From assembly GCA_021613535.1 (NCBI GenBank), contig CP075493.1:15500001-15564000 (forward strand): DNA of 64,000 nt. Direction: 5' to 3'. Position numbers and translations under genes: made by a program. This stretch comes from Adineta vaga. Taxonomy: Eukaryota; Animalia; Rotifera. Positions 39,630-53,856 of the stretch are shown here, piece by piece (positions within the stretch are counted from its first letter, which is position 1; every line of letters begins with the position of its first letter). The notes under the pieces were generated by a model. The model saw nothing but the letters and a program-made list of their open reading frames with translations, searched no databases and was not told the origin of the DNA.

Positions 39630-42600
39630 TTAAACACCTCTTCTTTTCAGTTTTCGATGCATTCGTTCGAAGAATTTCTTAAATTCAGTCATATAAATCT
39701 CAGCCGGCAAGACAAATATCGGAAAAGTACCAATCAATGGCGCAAACGAGATAAGATAGGCAGTCAGATAGACATATTTTTGCCAGTTATAGATTATGCA
39801 AACCAATGTGAATGCAAAGATCAAACGTAATAAACTGAAAACTACCAATGATAGTGGACTACCATATAAAGGAAGTTGTTTCTTGAATGTTGCGAAGTAG
39901 GTTTTATCCTTTTGACTTTTACCGAATGCTTGTTTCATTCTCGTTGACTTGTGCAAAAGAAACATGGTAGCGATCACATTAATCAAACTGGGCATGATTA
40001 AGTTGATTAGAATAATTACTGATTTGTAGTATTTGAGCCAGGACCATCGAAATTTGATTGTACACCATGCATGTCGAGTTGTAGCTCGTGGATCGTCGAT
40101 GAGTTCGCGCGTAAATGGTTCGTGCCATCCAGTGCATAAAATAGCAATTGTCAAGAGAAGAATAACGCGTTTTGCCCACCAAACGCTGTCAGACTTACTA
40201 AAAGAGGCGCCTTTAATTATATAGATACTACGTTCAGTTGCTACACACGCCGTCAACCAGTCGAATAACATTGGCGAAACACTAAGCAAATATTCTAGAC
40301 TAACACAACTCCAGAAAGTAGTTGTATAATCATCGACATGATATAGCTGTGTACGTAAAAGGTAGAAGAATCGACTAGCTAATGCTATTAATCCTAATTG
40401 ACCAACAATAGGCAAACAAAAAAGATACAAGCCACAGCCAACTTCCTGAACTTTGGATTGTATAAAAGTGATTGTTGACAAAGCATTTGATATGAATCCA
40501 AGTGTAAGCATTAGAATAAGAATTGTTAATACAATTTTAATGACCATAGATTGTTCTGACAGCGATACATTGGTTAAAATGTCCCGACCAAGCAATGCAT
40601 CGAGTGAAAGTGTATACTGTGATGTTGTCAGTTGACATAATGATCCGTAAGAACACCCACTACAAACACAGGCAAAATACCATGCTCCATTAAAATTATT
40701 TTGCACACAGTGTCCTTGATTCTGGCAATAGTCTACCGTACACTGTGTTGATTGACGTTGAAAAAAGTAACATTGTGGTAAACGATCTTTATCACAAAAG
40801 CATAGATAAGCTTCGTCATAGAAGCATTTGAACATTGGATTCACTTGACATGAACGTTGATAATATTTCACTTTTTTTACCGTTGAAAAATTGTGAAATG
40901 CTCGATTCAACAGCAGTTCATTCACATACGGACATCGATTTAGTTGATTAATGTTTGTAGTAAGATGTGTTCGTGGTCTTTGATTAACAGCAGCGATATA
41001 ATATTCAAAATGATTTGATTCATGAAAAATTTGTAGAAGAATAAAGCGTGACAAATATTCATAGCCGTTATTGAGAACGCGAAGTATCTTATCGTATTGT
41101 ACTTGTTTAAAAAGGAGACGATTTTGAACAAATAGCATACCTGAAACATCTTTGTCAAATTCAAGAAAATGAACGATGAGAGCAATCGACGATAGTTGAT
41201 CGTGATACAGAAGTGTTTTAGAAAGTTGAATATCAACGTAGGCATTAAGCAATTCACAACCAGCTCCATAATATCCTTCGCGACATGCACAGGTAAACTT
41301 TGTTGGTAATCGTTCATCTAATGGTATGCATGTTCCATCATGTTGGCATTGAATATCATGACAAGGATTGAATAAAGCATGACAGTTCATACCCATGCGA
41401 CCCAAAGGACAAACACAAATTGGTGGTCGATATCGATCAAGACATTTTCCACTGCCGGCACAAGAACATTCGGTGAAAATGTCGCAATATTGACCCGACC
41501 ATTGCTGTTCACATTGACAATACTCGTCATGTGGCGAATTCAAATATTTTCTACATGTGCCATGAATACAAGGTAGTGTATTACAAATTTGTGGATCTCC
41601 GAGTGTTAAATGTAAAACGAGCCGATTGAAAGGAAGAAAAGAAAAGAGAACATCGAATTTCCAAGCGGCCATGAAATAAACACTGAATGTGTTAACTAGA
41701 AATGCATCAAGACGAACAATCCAATTTCCTTGTTGTTTCGGTGGTGGAAGTGGATAATTCAGATAGAACATTTGTTTCATCGATCGTACATGCAAAATTT
41801 CTTCATGATGTACAGTCGAATCATTGAATATCAAACAAGCTAAAAGTCGAATGGCATTTCGTGGATTGTCATGTCCACTGAGCGTGATCTGTGTATCGAC
41901 TCGTATAGTAATCAATAAACGTTCTGACTGATATTGACATCGTGAACCGTAATAGCTAGGTGGACAAAAGCATATAATACTCGAAGATTTTTTTCTAACA
42001 ATGAGACCACGGTTGCAATACCAATCGTCGATTGCATCTGGTATTTCGAATGAATTGTCATCCGTTCGCAATGATACCGACGATTGTAAAGTTTCTACAG
42101 TTGGTATTGAAGAAGAATCAGTAAGGAAAGGAGGATATTCTTCGATAAATTCCGATGTATTTATAGTTCTCTTATAATCAAGATCACAAAACCATTCGTC
42201 TTCGGCTTCTGATTGACAGTCGATAACATTGTCACATCTCTTCGTATATCGAATAGCTGTACCATTCTTGCAAAAGAACATATACCACATATGATTGTCA
42301 GTAATATTATTAGTCCATGAACAAATCGATTCGTCATCACCATCTGGACATTCCATTTCTTGATTACAGACTACTTTTGAACGAGAACAATCACCAGAGG
42401 AACATCGAAATGGACGTTCCGGATGAGTCGCAGCACACATTTTTCTTTCATCGGTTGCACCTATACAGTCAATCTCTCCATTATCTGCATATTCTTTAGA
42501 TAGACAACCCATTGTTCTATTATAAAACATACAATAATGTTCATATGCACGACATTTAAGAATGGTGTAGGTAATATAACCCGGAATCGTCATTGAACAA

Positions 42601-44544
42601 TTCAATTCATCTTCTCCATTGTTCAAGTCCCAATAGCCATCGCATCGTCGATATCTTGGCCATTCTTCACAATCAGTTTCATCTGTTTCATTGTTCTGGA
42701 AAATGATTTTCTTTTGATGACCATCACAATTTTCTTGAAACAGATAATACAATGGAAGTTTATAAAGACCACGTAAAAACTGACAAGCAATGTCCGATGC
42801 TCTTCGACATTCACCAAAGTAGAATGTATCGGATTTATCAGTACAAGAACCCTTCCCAATAGCTCGACGCGATACCCATTGATCGGTTGTTGCACATTTA
42901 AAACGATCAGTTAAATTTGCAATGTACATTGTCATAGCATCAACCGGTGAGTTTTCGTCTTCACGATACAAACAGTCGTTCAACTGATCATATACTTTAT
43001 GTTTGGAAATGAGCTTCATCGATTTTGCACAGTAGAACAGTCGACTGTCGCTTGTGATTTTTGCACTATGCGCAAATGTACAAGCAGAAAAGAGTTGTAT
43101 CAATGCTCGGGCTGTTACTGTCGAATGTTGAAATGTGTTTCGTGCAACACATAACAAATTTCTAATCAATGGGAGACCTTTGACAGGTAGTACAGGACAA
43201 CGAGTGGAGTTGTAACAGAAGTGAGTTGGTAACCACCATTCAGAAGAGATATTCAACGTATTGTGATAGAAAAATTGAATGAATGGGTAAAGAAAATTAC
43301 TAGCGGTTTGAAAAACGAACGATGTTGGACAATGTTTTTGAAAATATTCTAAGCAATGACTTTCTCCTACAGTCCGCTCTGAGCATAGACAGTTTTTATA
43401 GTTATAATTAAAGAGTTCGGAATTGCGAGGTACCGAAACACATACCAATAAAAACCAACATTCATAACTGGTATTTCTTAAATTAAAATCATTCCGAGAT
43501 GAATTCAGACTAAGCAGATTTTGACTAAAAAATAAATCACGACCATTATGGCAATGCAAATGGCAATTTGATGATTCCAAACATTTCGCAAACCAATCTT
43601 TCGGCAATAAACATTGCCCATCACTACATGAAAATTCATCTATTTCACACAGACGATAATCACATTCGAGTTTAGATGACATGGAGCAAACATTCTCAAA
43701 GTCCATATTTCGATGGATGACTGGCTTTTCATCACTAAAATCCATACAATCATAACTAAAATCGCGTAAGAATGTTTTCGGTATACACATTCCGAATCGA
43801 CATCGATATTCATCATTTTGACATTCATTAATTTCGAGTAATCGACATTCCATAGGTTCATCTTCACCATTTTCACAATTAAAAACACCATTGCAGATCT
43901 CTCGCCAATCAAGACAGATTGTCGACTGACATCGAAGACCTTCATAGCATGTTAAAAACGATGAATCTTTCAACAGATCACCTACATCACCAAAAATATC
44001 TAACAAACCTTTGGAACCAAATTGATTAGTGATTATTTTATTTAGTTCATCGTTCTTATTGGTTTCATGGAATGAATATTGACATTGTGTACCAAACCAG
44101 TTACCTAGAGTATTTATTTATTTCACTTGAATATAGTGAAAAATATCGACTAATTTGCTCACCTGAACAATTACAAAAGACCCAATTGGCAAGAGTCAAA
44201 TCATGATTGGTAAGATATTTCTGATAGTTACTGATCACATCAATTGGTGTATTCCAATCGTACAAATGAAGACTATCAATATTCTTGAATTTCAACTGTT
44301 CAAAGGTATAGGACGCATCGTCTTTATCACATTGTTTATTCTGATCATTCGAATCATGCTCTTTGTCTCGAATACAATAAGGAATAAATTGCCATTCACT
44401 ATTATCACTATTTAATGCGAATGAATATAAACAATTGCTGTAATCACGTTTACTCGATACTTCAGTGTAATATAAATGAAATTTGCCATCGATAACTGTT
44501 GACAAAAAACATACACAAAATATATATTGCCATATCGTTATCAT
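39630..44544 (-). CDS. Giant GPCR with LDL-receptor class A and EGF repeats, 2 exons
   Basis: Signal peptide; intron ~44106-44162; multiple LDLa repeats (CNGVFNCENGEDE, CDGYWDLNNGEDE, CDNVIDCQSEAEDE), EGF repeats and a C-terminal 7TM domain (ATERS). Confidence 0.92.
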
Positions 44545-44975
44545 ATTCTCAAATATACAAAAAGAAACGAAAAGAATTGTAAGAAAGTTTACAAAGTCTG
44601 CAAATTGTTCTTTGTGGATACTCTCAAAGATTACAGATAAAAAAAACACCTTTGTTGATTGTTCGATGGATCAAGTTTTAAAATATCCCTAGATGCATGA
44701 CAAAAGAATGTGCTGATTTATACTCTCTTGTCAGACTTTATCGTCGCCGTAATTTTTTTTCCAGTTTTTATTACTGTTATGACGTACGTGATAGTTTTAC
44801 CGTTTTATCGCTGTCGTCATCAAATTATAAAGATGATATTTCTCTGCGACAATCAATAGAAAATATCATGAAATACTAATGATTACAGATGGAAAAAATT
44901 AATCTCAACCGAGTAAAAATGAGCAGAAGAACAAATTTAATTTGTATTTACGAATATTTATTTAACAGAAAAAAA

Positions 44976-45416
44976 TTAAACTTTTATACATTGACGAGGA
45001 CAATTACCACAACATTTTTCATTTTCACCACAATCTGAATCATTAGTGCAACGGGCAATACAAATACCGAAACCAGTTTGTTTTGGACATTCACCTGGTT
45101 TAATAATTGTTGTTGAAGTTTCTAGTTCCTGACGTGGACAACAAACAGCATAAGCATCATTTGGTGCTATTTTACAATAATGTGTTTCGGGACATTCTTT
45201 ACGATCAACAGTAAATCCACAATTATAACCGTCGAGTATTGGTGCGTCATTTTCACATGGACTTGATTTACAACTACATGTTGGACATCCTTGAGCATCA
45301 AGACGATTTCCATATTGGCAATAAATAGCACATATTGGACGTTTATAGCATGGAGGTTTTGAAATGACCATCGATATGAATGAACAGAAAAATAATATTT
45401 GAAGATAAATATTCAT
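44976..45416 (-). CDS. Secreted Cys-rich protease inhibitor (antistasin-like + Cys-rich + WAP-like)
   Basis: Signal peptide; CAIYCQYGNRLDAQGCPTCSC (antistasin); KPGECP...CIARCTNDSDCGENEKCC (WAP). Confidence 0.88.
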   Translation of the reverse strand: MNIYLQILFFCSFISMVISKPPCYKRPICAIYCQYGNRLDAQGCPTCSCKSSPCENDAPILDGYNCGFTVDRKECPETHYCKIAPNDAYAVCCPRQELETSTTIIKPGECPKQTGFGICIARCTNDSDCGENEKCCGNCPRQCIKV

Positions 45417-45475
45417 GGTTGTATCGAAATAGTGTAACTTTGTTTTTTTAACGATACATAAGAAATCTATCGATA

Positions 45476-45523
45476 TTTATAGGACGAAAGAAACGTAATT
45501 ATTATTTGTAATTACTGACGTCA
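45476..45523 (-). promoter_or_regulatory. Putative TATA box plus CRE palindrome upstream of the inhibitor gene
   Basis: Minus-strand TATAAA ~60 bp and TGACGTCA (45516-45523) ~100 bp upstream of the ATG. Confidence 0.4.
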
Positions 45524-45784
45524 TAGAACGAAGAAAGAAAAATGACGAATATATGAAGTTTTTTTTGGACGTAATTATAATAGCACAGATAAAAAAAAGA
45601 AAGAATCATAATGTGAACGAGTGCAGAAGAAAAAATGCACTTCAAGGATTTTTGAGAATCTCTTCGGTTCATTTTACCGAAAACTTATGCATTCAATTGA
45701 TCTTTTAAATACTCTATTTCAAAGAAACAAAAGTTAAACCATCAACTAACTTGTACGGCTATGATGAATAACTGAAGAAATTAA

Positions 45785-48700
45785 TCAATGATGGGAATGT
45801 CTTCTGTATTTTCTTAATGAATCTTTGAATGTTTTCATGTACAAGTCTGAAGGGAAAATAAATACAATAAAAATAAGCATTGATGGAATAAATGAAATAA
45901 AATAAGCACAAAGATATAATGAAGGATTATCCGATACAGTTATACATGCAGATATTAATGAAATAATCAAACGAGGTAATGATAAACATAAAAGAATCAA
46001 AGGGCTAATGACCAATTGTTTATGTTCATTAAATTGTTTGAAAATAAGTTCTCGAAATGTTTGTTTAGTTTGAGCTGTTGATCGTCGACGAGCAGTTCCA
46101 AATATAATATATAAAGCTGAACAAAGATTAGCAAGAAATGGAACAATAAGATGAAAAAATAAAATAATTGTATTATAATTTTGTAGGAAATTTGAATAAG
46201 TCATAACGCATAAAACATGTTTTTCTGTTTTGTATATCATTGTTTCATTTGTTTGATTGTCAATCTCTTTTGATTGATAAATCTCATTTGTATATTCAAA
46301 TAAATGTCGATGTAGAGGTTCATGAATCATTGTAACCATGATGAAAATCGGTAGGATTTTCACAATCCATCGAGCGGCACGTCGACTTTTCTTTTTATCG
46401 AATTGAACGCCTTTGTAAACATTAAGAGTTCGTTCAATAGCGACACAACCATTGAGCCAAGCATCGAGATAGACGAGAATTTTCAAAAGTGGTTCAATTA
46501 TGATACAACCAACTCGATAAAAAGACATATTGACAGAAATATTTATTTGAGTATATATAACAAACCAGAATTTAACTGTAAATATTGAAATTGTTAAGAG
46601 AGAAGTTATTGATGATGCTAAAAGATATATTCCACAACCAATTTTTCTTAATTCAATATTTTGAAAAGTTAATAGAGAAAGAACACTATTAATTACACCT
46701 TCAACAAACATAAACATTGTGAAAATAGCACTCAATTTAACAAATAATGATTGATTGTTAAATGTTATTTTTTGTTGAATTTTATTACGTAAAATATCAT
46801 CGATCGTCACTCCGATACCTTTTGTATAAGAATGACATCGATCACCAATAACACAACTGCTTGGATTATTTACTATAACATACAGTTTTTGTGTATATAC
46901 TATTGGAGTAAAGACACTTACCAACACGATTAAGACTAACATTCTTTGAACCACATACAACAATCAGAAATTCTCCCTGTTGATTTGGTTCAAACGTAGT
47001 CACAAGTAAGATATATGTTGTATTGATTTCAAGATGAACTGTAAAATGAAATAGACGATCATTATCACAGCTTCGATTACTATGTATTAGCTCGTTTTCG
47101 TTTGGATTGAGTGGATTAAAATTATCCTTATGAAGTTGTCCATATAACATAATACTACTATTAGCGCCAAAATTATAAGTTCCACTTTCTTCTACGATGA
47201 CTTCTATAGTTTCGTAATGATAATTTCCTCTTTCACAGAATCGAGGATATGTTGGAGTATCCTGTGTCAATTTTGATGTATATGTTGATTGCATCACTAT
47301 GAAAAAGTAGATGAAAAAGAATCGATTGTTCGATAAAGATGTACTTACGAATGCGATTGTAAGTAACATTGCTTGGCCCAGATACAAACACTGAAAAACT
47401 TCTCTCCTTATCTAGAAATTCCGTTGCCACAACTAATATATAAGTATTATTTGCCACGAGATGAGTGATATATTGAGCGTCATCGTAGCATTCAAATATG
47501 TCCTCATTTAGCTCGACTTCATTCATTTTTGGATTAAATACATCAAAACTATTTTGGTAAAGATATTCATCTTTATGTATAGCGCTTTTAATTATAATAG
47601 TGTAATCACCAGTTTCTGTCACGCTCAGTTCCAAAGCTTCAAAGTAATGATTTAAGAATCCGCATCCACTTGGTGAATATATTAAACTACTTGTACTCAG
47701 TTTTAATAAATATTTCGATTGAAAAATCATTAGTGGAATGTTGTCTAAACAGAAGATAAAACATAATTTCAAGACAAGTTTTGCGTTCAGCTTCATTCCT
47801 ACACTATATCTCTTTCTCATGTGATTTTTATCATACGATTGTATTCTCACTCTCACCTTCAAGATGATTGATACTCACCGATACGATGAAAACTGACATT
47901 GTTTGGTCCAAATACAAACACGGAAAATGTTGCTTGATCATTTATCGTATATGTTGTTACAAAGAATAAATATCTAGTATTCATCATAAGACGAACTACA
48001 ATATGCGACTGAGTATTACAAACATTGCTGATATCCTCTTCTTTGATCAGGTTCTTTTCGAGATTGAATGGATCAAAACTATCTTCGTAAAGATGGCCAG
48101 ATACACCAAGATCGCTGTTTCCGGTAATTGTATAAGAACCAGTCTCAGTGACAATGAGTTCCACAGCTTCAAAGTAATAGTTAAAAGATTCACATCCATG
48201 ACGTATAAACATCTGACTGTTACTATCGAGTTCTGATGCATATACTGAATATATGTCCGATAATGTATCTATTCATTAAACAACATCAATAAATTTTCTT
48301 TTACTTAAAAGAACAAATAACCCGAAGATTATGAGATTCTAATACGATGGCACTTACCGAATCGTGTAAGATTGATATTGTTAGGGCCAGAGACATGTAT
48401 CGAAAATGCTTCTAACATTCGTAAATCATCTGTACCGATAGTCAGCGTATATGTTATATTAGTCTGAAGATAGATAGGCATTTGAAATTGATTAAACTTA
48501 CAAGATCCACAAAGTATAAAGAGTGAATTTTCAGATAAATCTTTAGAATTCACATAATCTTCATGAAGATAACCATAAACATCATCACTACTATTAATTA
48601 TAAATTTGTAAATACCCATTGTAAAGACTTGCACAGATATTTGTATTCGTAGTCGATTTTTTTCGTTCATTTCGAAATCATCATCATCATCATCATCTGA

Positions 48701-50006
48701 TTCGTCACAATCATCGATAAACGTAGGACGATGGGTAGGCTGAAGCACCAAAGATGTTAATTGAGTATGTGGTGGAGAACCTATTCAACAAAAAGAGCTC
48801 ATAAAAACTTATGAATGTGATCACAAATAGTTGCTATTAACAAACTCGTTGTGATATTTTCGGATGTTCTGATCACTGTTTCATTTGTTGTGAAATCTAT
48901 AACATGAAATTATTTTACCAAAGAGGAAAACAATTTTAGTTTTGTGCTTAGTACTCGTCCATACTTACTACATGTATTGCTTGATAAGAGAAATTTTTGG
49001 ATTCGCTCTTTATATGAATCAAGAACATATACATGTATGTTACCATAGCTATCGAAGGCCATACTTTTTGGAAATGCAAGTTTATCGGATGTTCCGCCAG
49101 ACAGTCGAATACATCCTACTAAACATCGAACTCCATCAAGTCCAGATACCACAATACGATGATTATATGAATCAACAATGTAGATATTGCTATTAGCATC
49201 CAACGTAACACTCGTTGGATGGTTCAGATAAGTTGTGTCTGATCTTCCAACGACTGTAATCCCGTTGAATTGTCCTGATCGAAATAATTGAATCCTATGG
49301 TTGAACATATCGGCTACATATAAATCAAGATTAATGTTTACAAAGATTCCTTGAGGATGATTAAGCTTATTTGACATCGACCCTTGAATACCAACACCTG
49401 CAACAATATCAATTGTATCTAAATTGTCATCTAATGCTTTTGTAACAATTTGATGGCGATACTCCATGGAACAATAAAGAACGTTATTGATGGCAATAAA
49501 AATATCACTACATCGTTCACAAAATTGTACGACAGGCACGCTCTCCAATGTATTTGGATTACATTTATATATTTTAGCATTTGAGTAGCCAGTCAAAAAA
49601 TAGAAATAACCATTTGATGTGATGAACAGATCTGAAGGTTCGATCACACTATTGAAACTTCTTCTACTTATGTTGTTACTATCTTCATTACACTGATAAA
49701 TCTCACTTTCATTATACGCGGTGATGTAAATTGTATTATTTCTATCGATAAAAATACTTTCTGGTTCCAAGTTATACATAAGTTTGCTGACCAATGTTAT
49801 TCCAGAAGAATTCCATTCAGCACATGATGATAATTCTGGTTGATTGTAAGATATTTCTATGTAGAATTAGAAATATTATCAAAGTTTCTTTTCCTCTGAT
49901 CTGCATGTATAATAGCTGAGTGTATAAGTTTACCTGTGTTTTCTGCTAATTGATAATCAAAGATGAAAACATAGAAACATAATTTAAGGATCGTCATCAT
50001 TATCAT
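45785..50006 (-). CDS. Multi-exon GPCR with NHL propeller and four tandem ~115-aa beta-sandwich repeats
   Basis: Signal exon (MIMMTILKLCFYVF), SYNQPELSSCAEWN, NHL repeats (LNHPQGIFV...YVADMFNHRIQ), four exons with Y..L....F.P......TY.L.V.T....F.V.V.GP.NV repeats, and a final 7TM exon (AIERT). Confidence 0.85.
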
Positions 50007-50193
50007 CGTAATTTTTATTGAATGACAAATGCGTTTAGAAAAAAAACAATGAGTTTTATATATAGTTTGCTTAGTATTTAGTCACGTAAAGTAAGAATAT
50101 GGAAATTGATTCAACGTGAGTAAATAACTATGATAGACGAAAATTGTTAATTATTTTATATGAAAAAAAACTTCAAGAAGAAGAAAAAGGAAA

Positions 50194-51751
50194 TCAAATT
50201 AAGCAATTCAAGACAACATCAATCGACATTTTCAAAGTCTCGACAAGAAAAATAAGTTCTTCCTCAGTAATTGTATATGGTGGAGCAATGAGAATATGAT
50301 CACCAATGATACCATCTGCAGTACCCTTCGAACCAGGATAAACAAGAACTAAAACGAAAGCAAATTTGTAGTAACTAATTGAAATGAATAATATAACGAA
50401 CCTCCACGTTCTATACATTCTTTTACAATAGAATCGATGAATAAACAAGTAGGTGGATACATTTCTTTCGTTGTTTTGTTTTTAACAAATTCTATCGACC
50501 AAAATAGACCACGACCACTAATGTATGAGAAAAAAAAAATAATTTAAAATTAATATTTTTCTAAGGAACTGACCGAATATCACCGATATGTAAATGATCA
50601 GCCAATTGTTCTTTAAGAATTTTTTCTAAGAAAAGTCCACGTTGATAACATTGTTCAACCAATCGATCTTCTTTCATTACTTTAAGAACTTCTAATGCAG
50701 CTCGACATCCTATAGCATGTGATTGATATGTAAATCCATTATTAAATGAACCTGAACCAGCAAGAAAAACATCAATGATTTTATGTGATATAAGAACACT
50801 GGCCAGAGGAGCATAACCACCGCCAAGACCTTTTCCTAGAACTTGAATATCTGGTGACGAAGAGAGATCTTCCCATTGCCATGCATGCATTTTACCAGTA
50901 CGTCCTACGCCACACATAATCTCATCGAGAACAAATAGAGCACCGTGTCGATCACATACTTCACGCATTGCTTTAAAATAACCAGGTACTGCTGGAGTAC
51001 AACCACTTGTAGCACCAACAATTGTCTCAGCAAAGAATGCAGCCACTGTCTGAGGACCAAGTTCTTGAAATTTAGCTTCTAATTCACCAGCAAGACGTTT
51101 AACATAATCTTCATCAGATTCATTCTCTAACTTGTAATGATAAGCAAAGCAAGGTGAAACATGATGAAAATGAATTGGAAAATATGGAAGAAAAGGAGCA
51201 CGCCGTGCTGTATGACTACAAAGGCCAAGTGCACCAAGTGTATTGCCATGATAACTTTGTTGACGAGCAATAAAGTTAATTCTTTCAGGTTGTTTATTTT
51301 CTAAATGATATTGTCTTGCAAGTTTAATTGCTGATTCAATGGCTTCCTATTTGATACAAGTTTCAAACGAGATAGAGCATCAAACAGACTTACAGATCCA
51401 CCAGAGACAAAAACTGATCTTGCCATACCACTTTCTTTTGTAAGTTCATTAGCGAGTTCTTCCGCTGCCTTAATTGAAGATTAAAAATGAATCATTTGTT
51501 TTATATGACTTTTTATTTACCTTATTTGCAAATATTCCAGAGTGAACATAATCCACTGTTTGCAATTGATCAGCAATACCTGCAATAACACGTTTATCCG
51601 CATGTCCAATGTTTGTTACAGCAGCACCACCACTACCGTCAAGTAATTTACGTCCATCTTCAAGATAAATGTAATTCCCTTCTGTTCGTGTAACAAATAA
51701 TGGCTTATTCGTAAGAGAACGATGAAAGACATGTGAAGAAGTCGTGGTCAT
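50194..51751 (-). CDS. Class-III PLP-dependent aminotransferase, multi-exon
   Basis: LDGSGGAAVTNIGH, SGGSEA, QSYHGNTLG, LDEIMCGVGRTG, PDIQVLGKGLGGGYAP (PLP Lys) and HILIAPPY motifs. Confidence 0.92.
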
Positions 51752-51914
51752 TCTCAACGTATAATTTATAAATAACAAGGTTCTTTCTTCTTTCGTCCTT
51801 TGAAATATCGAATGATAAGAAATGAATATAAAGATATAGAAGTTAAAATGATGACATGTATTTACTTAAGTTACAAGATGTTTGTTCTTATCAAAGTATT
51901 ATTACATTCGAATT

Positions 51915-53722
51915 ATGAGTGAAAGTAAATTAACATCAAGCTATTTTCATCATGCATCGTCATTTCAATTGACATATAAAACAGTGAGCCAAAGTTTTGA
52001 TGAAATAGCTTTGAAATATTCTGATCATGAATGTTTCATCTTTAAAGGTATAAACATAATTATCAGATTTTATTTTTCTGTCATTCCTTATTTTCTATTA
52101 GGTGAACAAAAACGATATACATATAGAACATTCAAAAATCAAGTTGATAATCTTTCAGCATCACTTCTTGAATTAGGTTTTGAAAAAAACGATCGTCTTG
52201 CTGTTTGGCTTCCAAATACATCAGAAAATGTCACAATATCCTATGTAGCATCAAAATTAGGTTTGATTAAAGTAAAGTCAAGTTGTACCTTTTGTTTAAT
52301 CGTTCTATTTAAATATGTTAGGTGAATATCAATCCAGCGTATGTCGAACGTGAATTAGAATATTGTATTAATAAAGTCGGTTGTAAAGGAATTCTTCTAT
52401 CACCATCGGTTAAATCGATCGATTCACTATCGATTTTTCGTCGACTTGTTCCTGAACTTGGTCAACAATCATCGGAACTTTCGGCTAAAGCAGTTCCTAC
52501 ATTAAAATATGTTATTTTAACCGGTGAACAAACATCTGTGCCAGGTACATACTCATATGTCGATTTACTTAAACGAGGTGCTCAACTATCTCATGATAAA
52601 TTACTCGAGCGACAAGCATCAGTCAATCCGGATTCTGCTCTTGCGATTTTCTATACTTCGGGTACAACAGGTCAGCCTAAAGCAGCAACATTAACTAATT
52701 TTGGTATACTCAATTTGATCCGTGCTCAATGGGAACTTTTGAATCCATATTATCAACGTGTTTGTGTTCCTATTCCAATGTTTCATATCTTTGCCGAAAT
52801 ATCCGGTGTGCTCAATGTTGCTGTAGGTAAATGTCAAGTTATTTTTCCAGCTGCTTTACCCGATACAGTCGCGACAATGCGTGCTATTCATGAAGAAAAA
52901 TGTACAGCACTGATCGGAGCACCGATTATTTATCGTGATATATTGATGCATCCGGATCGAAAAAAATACAATCTCAGTTCATTGACTTACGGTGGAACAG
53001 GAGCAACTACATTACATATAGATTTTTTACAACAAATTGAAAAAGAATTTCCAATAACACGTATGGTTCAAGGATATGGATTGACAGAGAATGCTTCGTT
53101 ACTTACCAGTGGTATGTGGGCTGGTGATAATGATCCACAACGACGATTAGGATCCTTAGGTCGATGTATGCAAGGTTTAGAAGTTAAAGTTGTAGATCGA
53201 CAAGGATACACGGTGCCTATTGGTCAACAGGGTGAGATTTGGGCGAGGGGTTATTCAATTATGCATGGATATTATGGTGATCCTGAGAAAACAGCAGAAA
53301 CATTGACAACTTCGGGATGGCTTAGAACAGGTGATGAAGCTAAAATGGATGAAGATGGTTATTTATATTTTATTGGACGTCAAAAAGAAATAATTATTCG
53401 TGGTGGTGTTAATACATATCCAATTGAAATAGAAAATACTATTATTGAACATTCAAATGTTGCACAAGCACAAGTTTTTTCTATTCCTGATCAACGATAT
53501 GGTGAAGAAATATGTGCATGGATTATATTGAAACCAAATGTAACACAATGTCAAGCAGAAGATATTCAAAATTTTCTCAAAAATAAATTAGCTTTCTTTA
53601 AAATACCAAAACATATTCGATTTGTTGATAGATTTATTACAACACCAACGGGTAAAGTACAAAAATTCAAAATGTCTGAAATCATGGCTAAAGAATTAAA
53701 ACAAACCATTAGTAAACTATAG
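51915..53722 (+). CDS. Acyl-CoA synthetase (ACSF2-like), C-terminal PTS1, 3 exons
   Basis: YTSGTTGQPK, YGLTE, GWLRTGD, IIRGGVNTYPIEIE and TPTGKVQK motifs; ends -SKL*. Confidence 0.92.
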
Positions 53723-53805
53723 TTTTTGTAAAAGTTTTTGTTGACGTTCAATATTTGTTTTTCCATAGAAAATACAATTATTATAATTATCTCGATTAAT
53801 TAATG

Positions 53806-53856
53806 AGGGTGTGGGTGTGGGTTGAAATAAAGAATCGATACCTCTACCCACACCCT
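53806..53856. repeat. Short GGGTGT/CCACACCC palindromic element, copy 2
   Basis: Perfect 11-bp inverted repeat AGGGTGTGGGT / ACCCACACCCT. Confidence 0.7.

Noticed and set aside
39979-43945. Numerous short overlapping or antisense ORFs in the ORF track
   Set aside because: Shadow frames of the real genes with no independent motifs.
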